Below, piece by piece: positions 37,529 to 47,340 of a DNA stretch of 63,367 nucleotides (positions within the stretch are counted from its first letter, which is position 1; every line of letters starts with the position of its first letter). The position numbers and the translations under genes were made by a program. The notes beneath the pieces are model-generated. The model saw nothing but the letters and a program-made list of their open reading frames with translations. It ran no database searches and had not been told where the DNA came from. This stretch comes from Polyangia bacterium (GTDB lineage: Bacteria; Myxococcota_A; Polyangia; Fen-1088): positions 1 through 63,367 of the forward strand of contig DASRLC010000143.1 of NCBI GenBank assembly GCA_035648655.1, in the 5' to 3' direction.

Positions 37529-37786
37529 CTACTTTTTCTCGGGCTCGGCCGCGACGGTGCCGCCCTTGGCGGTGCACTTCTTCTCGGTCATCGACATCCA
37601 GCCCTTCCCCTTGCAGCTGTTCTTTCCCTTGCAGTCGTTGTCGGCGCCCTTACAACCGCTCTTGCCCTTGCACGCGTTCACGCCCGCGCAGTGAACCTTG
37701 GCATCCTTGGCGGACGCGACCAGCGGCGCCCCCATGGTGAAGAGTCCGGCCACCGCCGCTGCGACTAATGCTCCCTTGGTCGTCAT
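37529..37786 (-). CDS. small secreted six-Cys Lys/Gly-rich peptide, bufferin-like (BufA2 / 6-Cys type) candidate
   Basis: 85 aa. Sec signal 'ALVAAAVAGLFTMGAPLVASA', then 'VHCAGVNACKGKSGCKGADNDCKGKNSCKGKGWMSMTEKKCTAKGG' with spacing C-x5-C-x5-C-x6-C-x5-C-x12-C. Confidence 0.5.
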   Translation of the reverse strand: MTTKGALVAAAVAGLFTMGAPLVASAKDAKVHCAGVNACKGKSGCKGADNDCKGKNSCKGKGWMSMTEKKCTAKGGTVAAEPEKK

Positions 37787-37962
37787 GCTCGTCTCCTGTT
37801 TCCCTGCGTTTGTGAGGACCTCGCCTCATGCGAGATGGTCCGGCCAGCCGATGCCGCGTCGCGGGTGCCGCCCCTCGGGGTGACAGCGCTTCGGGTCCGA
37901 TTTGGATCTCGGCAACGTAGGGGTTCAGACGGAATTGGCAAGGCCGCGAAGGTCCGCCCGAT

Positions 37963-40089
37963 TCAGATGAGCTTTTGCAGCACGAAGAGGACTTCGCCCA
38001 GCGACCAGGCCTGCGCGAAACAACCGCGCGGCGCGTGCGGCGCGGCGCCGTCGAATATCTCCGACAGGTGGCCCAAGCAGCCCTCGGTGAGCAGATGCTT
38101 CTCGAGCCCCTCGAAAAAAGACAGCGCCTCGGCGTGTGCCGTATCGCTCTGGCCGTGAAAGCGGAGCCAGGCGGTCACGAACGGGGCCAGTAAGAAGGGC
38201 CACACGGTCCCCTGATGATAGGCGGCGTCCCGGCGCGGGCGCGCGCCGGCGTAGTGGGCGTGGTAGCGCGCATCGTCCTCGGCGAGCGTACGCAGGCCGA
38301 CCGGCGTGAGGAGCTTCTGGCGTGTCAGTTCCAGCACCCGGCGGCCCTGCTCCGCAGACACCAACTCGGCGTCGAACGAGAGCGCGAAGAGCTGGTTGGG
38401 GCCGAACGTGAAATCGTCACCCGCGGGCCCGTCGACGACGTCGAAGAGGTAGCCGCCGTCTTCGTACCAGAAGCGGCGCCGAAACGAGTCGATCGCCCGC
38501 GCGCGCGATTCGTCGAGGGGAGCCACCTCGGCGTGGCGACCGAGGCGGGCCGCCAGGGCGCTGGCTACCCCGAGCGCTTGCACCCACAGCGCCTGGATCT
38601 CTACCGGCTTGCCGCGCCGGGGGGTCATCACGTCGTCCCCACACTTCGCGTCCATCCAAGTGAGCGGTGCCTGATCGTCGGACGCGCGCAGAAGGCCGTC
38701 CCCGTCGGCGCGGATCGACACGTGCCGCGTGCCGCCGGCGTACCCGTCGATGATGGCTCGCACCGCTGGCCAGACCGCCTCGAGGACGGTCCGATCCGGC
38801 GATGCCTTCTCGTACCGACCTACGGCAACGATGAACCAGAGCGAAGCGTCGACCGAGTCCCAGCGCGGCGCCGTGTGCGCGTCGGGCAGATTATTCGGAA
38901 GCAGACCACCGTCGACCAGCGGAGCGAAGGTCTTCAAGATCTGCCCGGCCAGGTTCAGATGGCCGGTGACGAGCAACAGTCCTCCGAAAGAGGTGAAGGT
39001 GTCCCGGGTCCACACGTCGAACCAGGGGAACCCGGCCAACAGCGCCGGGCGTTCGCCGCCCTCGACGAGGTAGGTCTCCGCGCCGAGGACGAGCTGATCG
39101 TAGAGCTTGCTCCCACTGGAACGAAGGCTCCGTCGGCTGGCCTGCCGCCGTTCGAGCTCATCGTCGAAAGCGCGGCCTCCGTCGACGGCCGATTTTGGCT
39201 CGGTCGTGAGTGTGAGAAAGGCCGGTTTCTCCGGCGTGACTTCGAACGACAACGTGCCGGGAGACCACCAGTCCTCTCGACAGGGCTCGCCACGCTCGCG
39301 ATCGAGCGCGTATTCGATCCCGCGCCGCCAGACGGGCTGGTGCTGGTAGCCAGCTGCGCCGCGGGCATGGACGCGGGGAAAATCGGGTCGTGGCTGCCAA
39401 CTCGCGCCGTCCTCTTCGGTGCGTGCATCCGTCGAAAGCGGAGCGTCGGCGCTCACGACCGCGTGATCGGCCCGCACCGTCAGCATGGGCCTCACGAGCA
39501 GACGCACGGCGCTGGCCCCATCCCCCACGATCTGCCAGCGCACGACGACGGCCTCCCGTCCCCGGGGGCAAAGAATCGACCGAACGATCGTGACGCCCGC
39601 GACCTCGTAGGTCCATTCGGCCATTGGGCGGGCCGAGAATCCGCGACAACGGCGGTAACCGTCTTCCTCAGGATCGGCGCCAGCCGACGTGGAGAGGGTC
39701 ACCGCGCCGTGCGGAGTCTCCACCCACTCGGTCAGATGATTGACCAGCATCACGCGATGGTGTGGCGGGTGCGTCGCCACCAGCAAAAGGCCGTGATACC
39801 GGCGGGTCGGCAAACCGCTCACCGTGCCCGCCGCATAGCCTCCCCGGCCGTTCGCGTCGATCCATTCCAGCGCACTGGATCGCTCGAGATCCCGATACAC
39901 GGAGCCGTTGGCCCCGACTTCGCTGGCCGTCGAGGCCCTCACAGCAACGCCCACGCCATCCGCGCCATTCACACTCCCGTCGTCGAGCCGGTCCGTCCGC
40001 CGATTGGATCTCCACCAGCACTCTGGGAGCAGCCGCGACATAGTCAACGGGCGGCGAAGACGTTTGTGAGCGAATGTCGGGAGCGGCAC
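37963..40089 (-). CDS. glycogen debranching enzyme (amylo-alpha-1,6-glucosidase family)
   Basis: N-terminal 'NGRGGYAAGTVSGLPTRRYHGLLL' and C-terminal 'GCFAQAWSLGE'. Start is uncertain (40089 or the Met at about 40041). Confidence 0.85.
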   Translation of the reverse strand: MPLPTFAHKRLRRPLTMSRLLPECWWRSNRRTDRLDDGSVNGADGVGVAVRASTASEVGANGSVYRDLERSSALEWIDANGRGGYAAGTVSGLPTRRYHGLLLVATHPPHHRVMLVNHLTEWVETPHGAVTLSTSAGADPEEDGYRRCRGFSARPMAEWTYEVAGVTIVRSILCPRGREAVVVRWQIVGDGASAVRLLVRPMLTVRADHAVVSADAPLSTDARTEEDGASWQPRPDFPRVHARGAAGYQHQPVWRRGIEYALDRERGEPCREDWWSPGTLSFEVTPEKPAFLTLTTEPKSAVDGGRAFDDELERRQASRRSLRSSGSKLYDQLVLGAETYLVEGGERPALLAGFPWFDVWTRDTFTSFGGLLLVTGHLNLAGQILKTFAPLVDGGLLPNNLPDAHTAPRWDSVDASLWFIVAVGRYEKASPDRTVLEAVWPAVRAIIDGYAGGTRHVSIRADGDGLLRASDDQAPLTWMDAKCGDDVMTPRRGKPVEIQALWVQALGVASALAARLGRHAEVAPLDESRARAIDSFRRRFWYEDGGYLFDVVDGPAGDDFTFGPNQLFALSFDAELVSAEQGRRVLELTRQKLLTPVGLRTLAEDDARYHAHYAGARPRRDAAYHQGTVWPFLLAPFVTAWLRFHGQSDTAHAEALSFFEGLEKHLLTEGCLGHLSEIFDGAAPHAPRGCFAQAWSLGEVLFVLQKLI

Positions 40090-40283
40090 TCTCGGTCCCG
40101 CGTGAGCTCAGGCAACCGCCCGATGTCGTGGCCGACGCGCCGGCTCGACGGCCTCGACCGGGGGATCGCCGTCGATAAATTTTACGCTGTGGTCCGAAGT
40201 GGATGAACCGCATACGGCTCCGCATATCTACGGTACGTGTCATCGCCGGATCGCGCGGCACAGGGCATGCATTTTTAGCAACC

Positions 40284-40673
40284 ATGGACGAGCACCGGAT
40301 GATGACGGCGCCAGCGTTTCTCGAGATCATGACCGGTTGGCACCCGGGCCTCGCTTTGGTCGACGATGGCCCGACCGCTCGCCCTACGAGAGAAGAACGG
40401 CGGCCGTCCCGCGAGCGGCTCTGGGCGGTCCGGGAGTTCCTCGGTGCGCTCGACGAAACGGCCGTCCCCACGCGAGACCAGCTGATGCAGCAAGTGCTCG
40501 AGGTTCTCCAGGCCGATGTTCTGCGGCCGACCCTTCGGCTGCGCCAACGACAGCTCGACACCGTGATGACGACCCTCGCAGAGCTGGCTCACGAAACGAC
40601 GCGAGCAACGCCCGATGTCGGGCTGTTTTGCCGACGTGCGCAGATCGTCGTCGACATCCTTTTGTTGGGATGA
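40284..40673 (+). CDS. hypothetical protein
   Basis: 129-codon ORF from the ATG at 40284 with reasonable GC3 bias. No motif recognised. It competes with an antisense ORF at 40275-40892. Confidence 0.4.
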   Translation: MDEHRMMTAPAFLEIMTGWHPGLALVDDGPTARPTREERRPSRERLWAVREFLGALDETAVPTRDQLMQQVLEVLQADVLRPTLRLRQRQLDTVMTTLAELAHETTRATPDVGLFCRRAQIVVDILLLG

Positions 40674-40734
40674 GTCTCGCCCTTGTTCGGCGCGGGTGAT
40701 CTGGTTCGCGCGATCCCATGCACCCCGGAGGAAC

Positions 40735-41049
40735 ATGACCATCAGAATCATTGCCGAAGACGAAGCGCTCACAGAATCGGAACGCCAAAGGCTGCAACAG
40801 GCGTCCGGCCACATTCCTCGGTATTTCCGGAGGATCGTCAGCATCGAGTGGCGGGTGTCGCGGCAGGGGCACGATCGCCGGGTGTCGTGCATGGTCCATG
40901 CCGCCAGCGGATACTATCAGGTCGGCGTGGGATCCGACGTCACCGAAGAATCGATTGGTCAGGCTCTCGACGGGATCGTCCGGCAGCGTCGGCGTCGCAA
41001 GGCCATCCGAGAGACGGCGCGCAGACACCTGCCGCACGACGCGGCCTAG
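40735..41049 (+). CDS. HPF/RaiA-like (S30AE family) ribosome-associated factor, short form
   Basis: ATG at 40735 is preceded by GGAGGA. The pattern 'MTIRII..D..LT...R......G.I.RYFRRI.S....V........V.CMVHAASG......GSDV.E.I.QALD.IVRQ.RR.K' resembles YfiA/HPF. Confidence 0.6.
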   Translation: MTIRIIAEDEALTESERQRLQQASGHIPRYFRRIVSIEWRVSRQGHDRRVSCMVHAASGYYQVGVGSDVTEESIGQALDGIVRQRRRRKAIRETARRHLPHDAA

Positions 41050-41327
41050 TCCAAGCGTCCGGCGTGTGCCCGTCTCGACGGAGGGCGAACAAAAGGAACC
41101 GGCGGTCTCAGGAGCTCCCCGACGCGCGATTGGGTCGCGCGACTTTGCCAGCTCGAGCGCCGCACGCGCGGTGTGGAACCAGGCCTCCGGACGCGCGCGG
41201 TGGGCCCGGGCAACCATCGGTCGCAGACCAACAAATCGACATTACATAGATGAAATGGTGGTGAAAGGTCCCTGAAGGCGCGGGTGGGCATGCTGTCTCC
41301 GTAGGCAAATCCCAGGAGAAACAGCCC

Positions 41328-42413
<1,086 letters not shown>

Positions 42414-42476
42414 GCCCGTCAGCCGACTTCGAAATCCGATCGCCCACAAAAAGATCGCCCACGGAAGGTCAACCAG

Positions 42477-43418
42477 ATGAACACCCACGACAAACCGTCC
42501 GAACCGAGCGAAACCGAGCGCATCCGCTCGGTGATGGAAAGGGTTCGACAGATCGAGATTCGGACGCGGCGCCTGGTCGACGAGAGCCTGGCCGGGCATT
42601 ACCACTCGGTGTTTCGCGGACGCGGGATCGACTTCGACAGCGTCCGCGAATACGTGGCGGGCGACGAGGTGCGAACCATCGACTGGAACGTCACGGCCCG
42701 CGCCGGCCGGCCGTTCGTCAAGCAGTTCCACGAGGAGCGCGAGCTGGTGGTCTGGATCCTGGTGGACGTTTCGGCGTCGGGAGACTTCGGGTCGGGGTCC
42801 ACCACCAAGCGTGAGCTGGCGGCCGAGCTGGCCTGCGTGCTGGCGCTCTCCGCGGTGCGGAACAACGACAAGGTGGGCCTCCTCATGTTCAGCGACCGCA
42901 TCGAAGCGCAGGTCGCGCCCGCCAAGGGGCGCGCCCACGTCCTGCGGGTGGTGCGTGAGATTCTAACCTGCCAGCCGACCGGCCGCGGCACCGACATCGC
43001 CGCGGCGCTGGATGTCGTACGCCAGCGGGCGCTTCGACGCTCGGTGGTCTTCCTGATCTCCGACTTCGAGCTGCCCAACGATGGCGGCGCCGCGCTGTCT
43101 GCCTTGGAGCGGGCCGCCCGCCCGGTCGGCGCCCGTCACGACGTGGTGGCCTTCGAGGTGCGCGACCCGCGCGAGCGGACGCTGCCCAACCTGGGCCTCG
43201 TGACGGTGGAGGACGCCGAGAGCGGTGACGTCGTCACGCTCGACACCGGGCGGCGGGCGGTCCGCGAGCGATTCGCGGCGCTGGCCGCCAAGCGCGACGC
43301 CGAGATGCGGCGCGCGTTGCGCCGCCTTCGCGTCGAGACCTTGCCCCTCGACACCGCGCGGCCTTATCTGCCGGAGTTGCTCGCCTTCTTCGAGAAGCGT
43401 GAAAGGAGGATGGCGTGA
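42477..43418 (+). CDS. DUF58 protein (MoxR-associated, VWA-like)
   Basis: 'GIDFDSVREYVAGDEVRTIDWNVTAR'. Confidence 0.85.
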   Translation: MNTHDKPSEPSETERIRSVMERVRQIEIRTRRLVDESLAGHYHSVFRGRGIDFDSVREYVAGDEVRTIDWNVTARAGRPFVKQFHEERELVVWILVDVSASGDFGSGSTTKRELAAELACVLALSAVRNNDKVGLLMFSDRIEAQVAPAKGRAHVLRVVREILTCQPTGRGTDIAAALDVVRQRALRRSVVFLISDFELPNDGGAALSALERAARPVGARHDVVAFEVRDPRERTLPNLGLVTVEDAESGDVVTLDTGRRAVRERFAALAAKRDAEMRRALRRLRVETLPLDTARPYLPELLAFFEKRERRMA

Positions 43419-44110
43419 TCCCGCGGGTTTTGGCCTCGCTCGGACTGGGGTTCTTGATCCTGGGCGGCGTCGGACTCTCGACGGCCCGCTCCGCGATTCC
43501 GGCGCCGCCGGCCGCAGTGACCCGATCGGCCGGACCGTCGCTCGGCGCACCTTCGGGGCCCGCCCGAGATGTCCCCAGCGCCGATACCGGGCAGGACATT
43601 CGCGACATCCACGGTCCGATCGCGATCGCGGCCCGACCATCGCCCTGGTGGTACGTCGGCGCGGGTGCGGCCGCCGCCGGCCTACTCGCCGGGCTGGTCC
43701 TTTACAGACGCCGGCGCAGGCCGATCGCGCCGCCGCACGAGCGCGCGTTGCGGGCCCTGACGGAAGCCGGGGCGATGTTCGAAAGCGATCCGCGAGAGTT
43801 CTCGTTTGCCGTCTCCGAGATCGTACGGCAGTACGTCGAAGAGGCGTTCCGGGTGCGCGCCGCCCACCGAACCACCGAGGAGCTGTTGGCCGACCTGATG
43901 CTCGACCGGAGTCCGGTCGCGCTCCATCGCACGGCGCTGGGCGAATTCCTGCGCTACTGCGACCTCGCCAAGTTCGCGGGCTGGTCGCTCTCGCCGAACG
44001 ACCGGGCGGCGATGTTGGCCAGCGCCGAAACCTTCGTCCTCGCCACCTCCGCGCCGCCCTCTCCCGAACATATCCGCATAGCCGCGATCCGCGGCGAAGG
44101 AATCGCATGA
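43415..44110 (+). CDS. single-TM protein of Bat operons (DUF4381-like)
   Basis: Signal-like N-terminus, TM 'WWYVGAGAAAAGLLAGLVLY' followed by RRRRR. The position between DUF58 and batA and 4-nt overlaps on both sides support the call. Confidence 0.6.
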   Translation: MIPRVLASLGLGFLILGGVGLSTARSAIPAPPAAVTRSAGPSLGAPSGPARDVPSADTGQDIRDIHGPIAIAARPSPWWYVGAGAAAAGLLAGLVLYRRRRRPIAPPHERALRALTEAGAMFESDPREFSFAVSEIVRQYVEEAFRVRAAHRTTEELLADLMLDRSPVALHRTALGEFLRYCDLAKFAGWSLSPNDRAAMLASAETFVLATSAPPSPEHIRIAAIRGEGIA

Positions 44111-45105
44111 TCACTTTGGCGCATCCCGCTCTCCTCTGGCTGTTGCTCGCTTTGCCGGCAGTCGCCTTCCTGCGCTCGCGCAAGGGTCCACGCGCGGCGG
44201 TTCGCTACGCCAGCGTCGCCACCGCGCGGGCGGTGGCGCGCACCAGCCGCGCCCGGCTGGGTCGGCTCCTGCCGTATCTGAGACTGCCGGCGGCGGCCTT
44301 GCTGATCGTGGCGCTGGCGCGGCCCCAGATCACCCATTCAAAAAGTAAGATCGAAGCCAGCGGTGTCGACATGATGTTGGCGTTGGACGTTTCGGGATCG
44401 ATGCAGGCGCTGGATCTTCGGCTGGACGGCCAGCGGGCGGATCGCTTGACGGTCGTGAGATCGGTGGTCTCCAAGTTCATCGCCGCGCGGCCCAACGATC
44501 GGATCGGCATCATCGCGTTCGCCGGACAGCCCTTCCTGGTAAGCCCGCTCACGCTCGATCACGACTGGCTCGAGAAGAGCCTCTCGCGGGTGACCGTCGG
44601 AACAGGCGAAGACGGCACCGCGATCGGCTCCGCGCTCGCGGCCTCGGTCAACCGGCTGCGCCAGAGCGACGCCAAGTCGAAGATCGTGGTGCTCTTGACC
44701 GACGGCATGAACAACGCCGGGAGCGTACAGCCCGCGCTGGCGGCCAAGGCGGCCGCGGCGCTCGGGATCAAGGTCTACACCATCGCGGTCGGCGCCGAAG
44801 GACGCGCCCCCATCCCCGTCGTCGACGACGCCGGCCGCAAGCGCATCGTCATGGGCGAGGTCGAGGTCGACGAACAGACGCTGCGCGGAATCGCCGACAC
44901 CACCGGGGGCGCCTTCTTCCGCGCCACCGACACCGACTCCCTGGTGGCGATCTATGCGCGCATCGACAGCCTCGAAAAGACGGTGCGCACCATGAACAGG
45001 TTCGAACGTCATGAAGAACGCTTCGCCTGGGCTGCGTTCCCAGCCGTCGCGCTGCTCCTCGCCGAGATCGGCCTCGGCGCTACCGCTCTTCGGCGAGCCC
45101 CCTGA
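44107..45105 (+). CDS. batA: VWA-domain membrane protein BatA
   Basis: 'MITLAHPALLWLLLALP' N-terminal TM and MIDAS 'LALDVSGSM'. The ATG at 44107 overlaps the upstream stop (ATGA). Confidence 0.85.
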   Translation: MITLAHPALLWLLLALPAVAFLRSRKGPRAAVRYASVATARAVARTSRARLGRLLPYLRLPAAALLIVALARPQITHSKSKIEASGVDMMLALDVSGSMQALDLRLDGQRADRLTVVRSVVSKFIAARPNDRIGIIAFAGQPFLVSPLTLDHDWLEKSLSRVTVGTGEDGTAIGSALAASVNRLRQSDAKSKIVVLLTDGMNNAGSVQPALAAKAAAALGIKVYTIAVGAEGRAPIPVVDDAGRKRIVMGEVEVDEQTLRGIADTTGGAFFRATDTDSLVAIYARIDSLEKTVRTMNRFERHEERFAWAAFPAVALLLAEIGLGATALRRAP

Positions 45106-45125
45106 GGGCAGAAAGTCTAAACACG

Positions 45126-47336
45126 ATGGCACACCTTCAATTCGCTCAACCGCACTGGCTCTGGATCGGCGCAATCTGCTGCGCGATCGCAGTGGTCCTC
45201 CTCGCTCGGGCGGGGCGCCTGCGCCGGCGCGCCGTCGCCACCTTGGCGGGTGGGCGGTTCGTGACGACCGTCGGCCGCGGGCGCCGTCTGGCCAAACAGG
45301 CGTTGGTAATGGCGGGCCTGGCGGCCACCTTCGTGGCGCTGGCCCGGCCCCTGGTCGGGTTTCGCTGGGAAGAGGAACGTCGCGAAGGGATCGACCTGAT
45401 GTTCGCCGTCGACACCTCGAAGAGCATGCTCGCCACCGACCTGCGTCCCGACCGCCTGACACGCGCCAAGCTGGCCGTGAGTGACCTCCTGCGCAAGTTT
45501 CCCGGCGAGCGCGTGGGGCTCATCGCCTTTGCCGGCGAAGCATTCGTGCAGGCGCCCATGACGATCGACCACGCGGTGTTCGGCGAGGCGCTCGACGCGC
45601 TCGACACCAGCATCATCCCCCGCGGCGGCACCGATATCGCGTCGGCAATCCGCGCGGCCGTCGAAGCCATGGCCACCGAGCCCGACCGACGGAAGTTGCT
45701 GGTCATCCTCAGCGACGGCGAGGATCTCCAGGGCGAGGCGGTAGCGGCCGCGAAAGAGGCGGCGCATGCCGGTCTGGTCATCTACACCGTCGGGGTCGGC
45801 ACGCGATCCGGGGATTTGATTCCCATCGAGCACGACGGAAAGCGGGAAATCCTGCGCGACGCCGAGGGACACTTCGTGACCTCGCACCTGGACGAACAGA
45901 CGTTGCGGCAGCTGGCCCAGATCACGGGCGGCGCCTACGCGCCCTTGGGAGCGTCGGGACAGGGACTGGAGACGCTCTATCGCCAGCACTTGGCCCAGCT
46001 CCCCCGGCGGACCGTCGAGGAGCGCATGCACAAGGTCTACACGGAGCGCTTTCAGATCCCGCTGGCGGTGGCGCTCGGCTGCCTGATGCTCGAGCTGGCG
46101 CTGGGAGAGCGCCGGCGGCGCGGCCGCGGCGCGGGTCGCCCGCAGCAGACCAACCCGCCCGAGCGCCAGGCGCACACCGAATCCCGATCGGATCGGTCGA
46201 GGGCATCTTCGGGGATCGGTGTGGCGGCGGCGGTCATGCTCATGGTGGCCGGAGCGTCGCGTCCGGTGTCGGCCGCCACCGCGCCGGCGCCACACCCGGC
46301 GGCGGCAGCCACCGGCACTTCGACCTACAACGACGGCACCGCCGCTTACCGCAAGAAGGACTTCGCGGCAGCGCGCGATCGTTTTCAGGTTGCCACCCAC
46401 ACCACCGACCTGCCGATGCAGGAGAATGCGTACTACGATCTCGGCAATACGCGCTACCGGCTGGGGCAAGCGACGTTGTCCAAGGATCGGCCGGCGACGA
46501 TCGAGGCCTGGAAGACCGCGGTCGCCTCTTATGACGGGGCGCTGGCATTGCAACCCAAGGACGCCGATGCGCGATTCAACCGCGATCTGGTGGCGCGGCG
46601 TCTGGCCGCTTTGGAAGAGCAGGAGCGTCGGGACCAACAGCAAAAGAATCAGCAAGGTCAAAAGAACCAGCCAAAGAACCAACAAGACCAGAAGCAGGGT
46701 CAGGGATCGCAGCCGCAAGCTTCATCCGGTCAAGGCCAGCCGGGCCAAAAAGGTCAAAGCTCGCCGCAGAGCGGAAATGGACAGCCCCAAAATGGGCAAG
46801 CGTCTTCGCCCCCGCAGGGCAGCGCCGGAAAGCAAGCATCGGGGGCACCGGGCAGCCAGGGAGAGCCTAAGGCGGGTGAACCGAAGCAGGATCAAGCCGG
46901 AAACCAAGGCGGCCAACAGGCCCAGGGCGATCAGCCACCGGCTGGCAGCGGCGAGCCAAAGCAGGATCGGCAGAGCCAAGCCTCCGCGAATTCGGCGGGC
47001 GCACAACCCGACCACGCACAACCCGACCACGCGCAAGCCGACCACCCGCAAGCCAATCAAAAGAACGGACCGCAACCTGGGTCCGCCCAACCGGCGCAGG
47101 CCGCCCAGCAGGAAAAGCCTACGCCGCAAGGCCCCGGTGTCGTTTCGGGGCAACCGGGTCAGTCGACCGGCCAAGGGCAACCCGCGGTGGCACGGCGCGA
47201 TCCGGGCGCGCTGACCCCGAGCGAAGCGGCGCAGTTGCTCGATTCGGTTTCCGGTGAGCTGCACCGTTTGCCCGTCGCCGACGCCCGCCGCCGGCCATCC
47301 AACAACAGCGACGACACGCCTGCCAAGGACTGGTAA
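45126..47336 (+). CDS. BatB-like VWA protein fused to TPR (BatC-like) region and a long Q/G/P-rich tail
   Basis: 'MAHLQFAQPHWLW', MIDAS 'FAVDTSKSM', a second TM, then TPR-like 'YNDGTAAYRKKDFAAARDRF...YYDLGNTRYRLGQ', then about 230 aa of low complexity. Confidence 0.8.
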   Translation: MAHLQFAQPHWLWIGAICCAIAVVLLARAGRLRRRAVATLAGGRFVTTVGRGRRLAKQALVMAGLAATFVALARPLVGFRWEEERREGIDLMFAVDTSKSMLATDLRPDRLTRAKLAVSDLLRKFPGERVGLIAFAGEAFVQAPMTIDHAVFGEALDALDTSIIPRGGTDIASAIRAAVEAMATEPDRRKLLVILSDGEDLQGEAVAAAKEAAHAGLVIYTVGVGTRSGDLIPIEHDGKREILRDAEGHFVTSHLDEQTLRQLAQITGGAYAPLGASGQGLETLYRQHLAQLPRRTVEERMHKVYTERFQIPLAVALGCLMLELALGERRRRGRGAGRPQQTNPPERQAHTESRSDRSRASSGIGVAAAVMLMVAGASRPVSAATAPAPHPAAAATGTSTYNDGTAAYRKKDFAAARDRFQVATHTTDLPMQENAYYDLGNTRYRLGQATLSKDRPATIEAWKTAVASYDGALALQPKDADARFNRDLVARRLAALEEQERRDQQQKNQQGQKNQPKNQQDQKQGQGSQPQASSGQGQPGQKGQSSPQSGNGQPQNGQASSPPQGSAGKQASGAPGSQGEPKAGEPKQDQAGNQGGQQAQGDQPPAGSGEPKQDRQSQASANSAGAQPDHAQPDHAQADHPQANQKNGPQPGSAQPAQAAQQEKPTPQGPGVVSGQPGQSTGQGQPAVARRDPGALTPSEAAQLLDSVSGELHRLPVADARRRPSNNSDDTPAKDW
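47001..47045 (+). repeat. 3 x 15-nt tandem repeat inside the BatB/C tail
   Basis: gcacaacccgaccac x2 exact, plus gcgcaagccgaccac. It encodes (A)QPDH repeats. Confidence 0.8.
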
Positions 47337-47340
47337 CCCC

